Below, piece by piece: positions 24,902 through 25,860 of a stretch of 25,860 bases of DNA; the first letter of the stretch is position 1; the number at the start of each line of letters is the position of its first letter. Origin of the DNA: an uncultured Rhodospirillaceae bacterium (GTDB lineage: Bacteria; Pseudomonadota; Alphaproteobacteria; GCA-2746255). The translations under genes and the position numbers were made by a program. Location of the stretch: NCBI GenBank assembly GCA_964435655.1, contig CAYTAE010000003.1, positions 1-25,860 of the forward strand, in the 5' to 3' direction. The notes under the pieces are model-generated. The model ran no database searches. It saw only the letters and a program-made list of their open reading frames with translations, and was not told where the DNA came from.

Positions 24902-25744
24902 ATGGATGTCTGGCCAATGGAAGCTTGGATTCGCTTTGGCGCTTTCTTTGCAATTTTCGCCATCATGGCACTGTGGGAAGTGACCGCCCCGTGCCGCGTC
25001 TTAAGTCAGTCGAAGACCAAACGCTGGACCGCAAATTTGGGCATGCTTCTGGTCGATGCCCTTGCCGTACGCCTCACCCTGGGGGCGGCGGCTTACGCCA
25101 TGGCCATTCATGCGGAGACCGCCGGGTGGGGCGTGTTGAACGTTCTGGACTGGCCCCGATGGATTGAATTGCTGGCGGCGATCGTCTTCCTCGACTTCGC
25201 AATTTATCTTCAACACGTTCTTTCCCATGCCTTGCCGGTCTTCTGGCGACTGCATCAAATTCACCATTCCGACATGGATTTCGATACGACAACCGCCATC
25301 CGGTTTCATCCCATCGAAATTCTTGTGTCCCTGATTTTCAAGGTGGGGCTTGTCGCCGCCATTGGCGCCGATCCGTGGGCCGTTCTTCTCTTCGAAGCAA
25401 TCCTGAACGGGACGGCGCTTTTCAACCACGGCAATGTCCGCCTGCCGGAAAAGCTGGAACGCGGCGTGCGTTTTCTGCTCGTTACCCCGGACATGCATCG
25501 CATCCATCATTCGACGGACATTGCCGAAACAAACCGGAATTTCGGCTTCGCGCTTTCCATTTGGGATCGCCTCTGCGGCACCTATCAGCAGGCGCCGGCA
25601 AAGGGGCATCTGGGAATGGAAATTGGTTTGCACGCCTATCGCAACTTTGCCCGGCTTGGCCTTGGCAATTTACTGCTGCTGCCTTTTCGGAAGGACGTTG
25701 CTGAAAACCGTCTGGAAAGCCGGAAGCGGTCTCAACCGTCGTAG
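24902..25744 (+). CDS. Sterol desaturase / fatty acid hydroxylase superfamily protein
   Basis: His boxes HVLSH, HQIHH and HRIHH plus RFHPIE, FNHGN and NFGFALSIWDRLCGTY; RBS AAAGGAG. Confidence 0.92.
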   Translation: MDVWPMEAWIRFGAFFAIFAIMALWEVTAPCRVLSQSKTKRWTANLGMLLVDALAVRLTLGAAAYAMAIHAETAGWGVLNVLDWPRWIELLAAIVFLDFAIYLQHVLSHALPVFWRLHQIHHSDMDFDTTTAIRFHPIEILVSLIFKVGLVAAIGADPWAVLLFEAILNGTALFNHGNVRLPEKLERGVRFLLVTPDMHRIHHSTDIAETNRNFGFALSIWDRLCGTYQQAPAKGHLGMEIGLHAYRNFARLGLGNLLLLPFRKDVAENRLESRKRSQPS

Positions 25745-25860
25745 GGACGCACGCGCGCAATGGCCGCTTTGCTGATCAGGTGAACCTCGGCGTTGTCATC
25801 CATCAGGGGAAAGAACCGGGGTGCGTCGTTCAGCAGGTCTTGGATCCGCATCGTCGCTTC
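25732..25860 (-). CDS. C-terminal 42 aa of a hypothetical protein (truncated by window edge)
   Basis: Open frame EATMRIQDLLNDAPGFFPLMDDNAEVHLISKAAIARVRPYDG* with protein-like composition; overlaps the desaturase 3' end by 13 nt. Confidence 0.6.
   Translation of the reverse strand, partial: EATMRIQDLLNDAPRFFPLMDDNAEVHLISKAAIARVRPYDG

Noticed and set aside
18302-25860. Genomic island integrated at tRNA-Leu
   Set aside because: No integrase and no duplicate of the tRNA 3' end within the window.
1-25860. CRISPR arrays, IS elements, rRNA genes, riboswitches
   Set aside because: No regularly spaced repeats, transposase motifs or recognisable structured-RNA signatures found.

Overview
Alphaproteobacterial chromosome segment, probably Rhodospirillales-like (inferred from gene content and sequence style). 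1-6836 is the 3' part of an intact, tightly coupled podovirus-derived operon: tail tubular proteins A and B, a small internal-virion-like protein, a tail fibre with a gp17-type N-terminus, a 98-aa putative small terminase, a T7 gp19-like large terminase, a membrane coiled-coil protein, a SleB-like hydrolase and a holin. It follows T7 late-gene order but has no large ejection-protein genes between the internal protein and the fibre. It ends next to pyrD with no integrase or att site in view. This is the best candidate for a domesticated, GTA-like system of podoviral origin, though an ordinary prophage cannot be excluded from this window. The rest is mostly housekeeping: pyrD; groES-groEL with CIRCE (divergent GroEL); cysH-cysD-cysNC (CysD carries a CC/CxxC set like Fe-S APS reductases); an orphan receiver; ctaA; an esterase; a coupled DedA/YqaA-dsbB-coq7 operon; and tRNA-Leu(CAA). 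An envelope-related block follows (DUF898, M48 peptidase, tandem DUF547 protein, GT-C and GT2 glycosyltransferases), then a sterol-desaturase-family gene. Family assignments come from motif recognition, not database searches.
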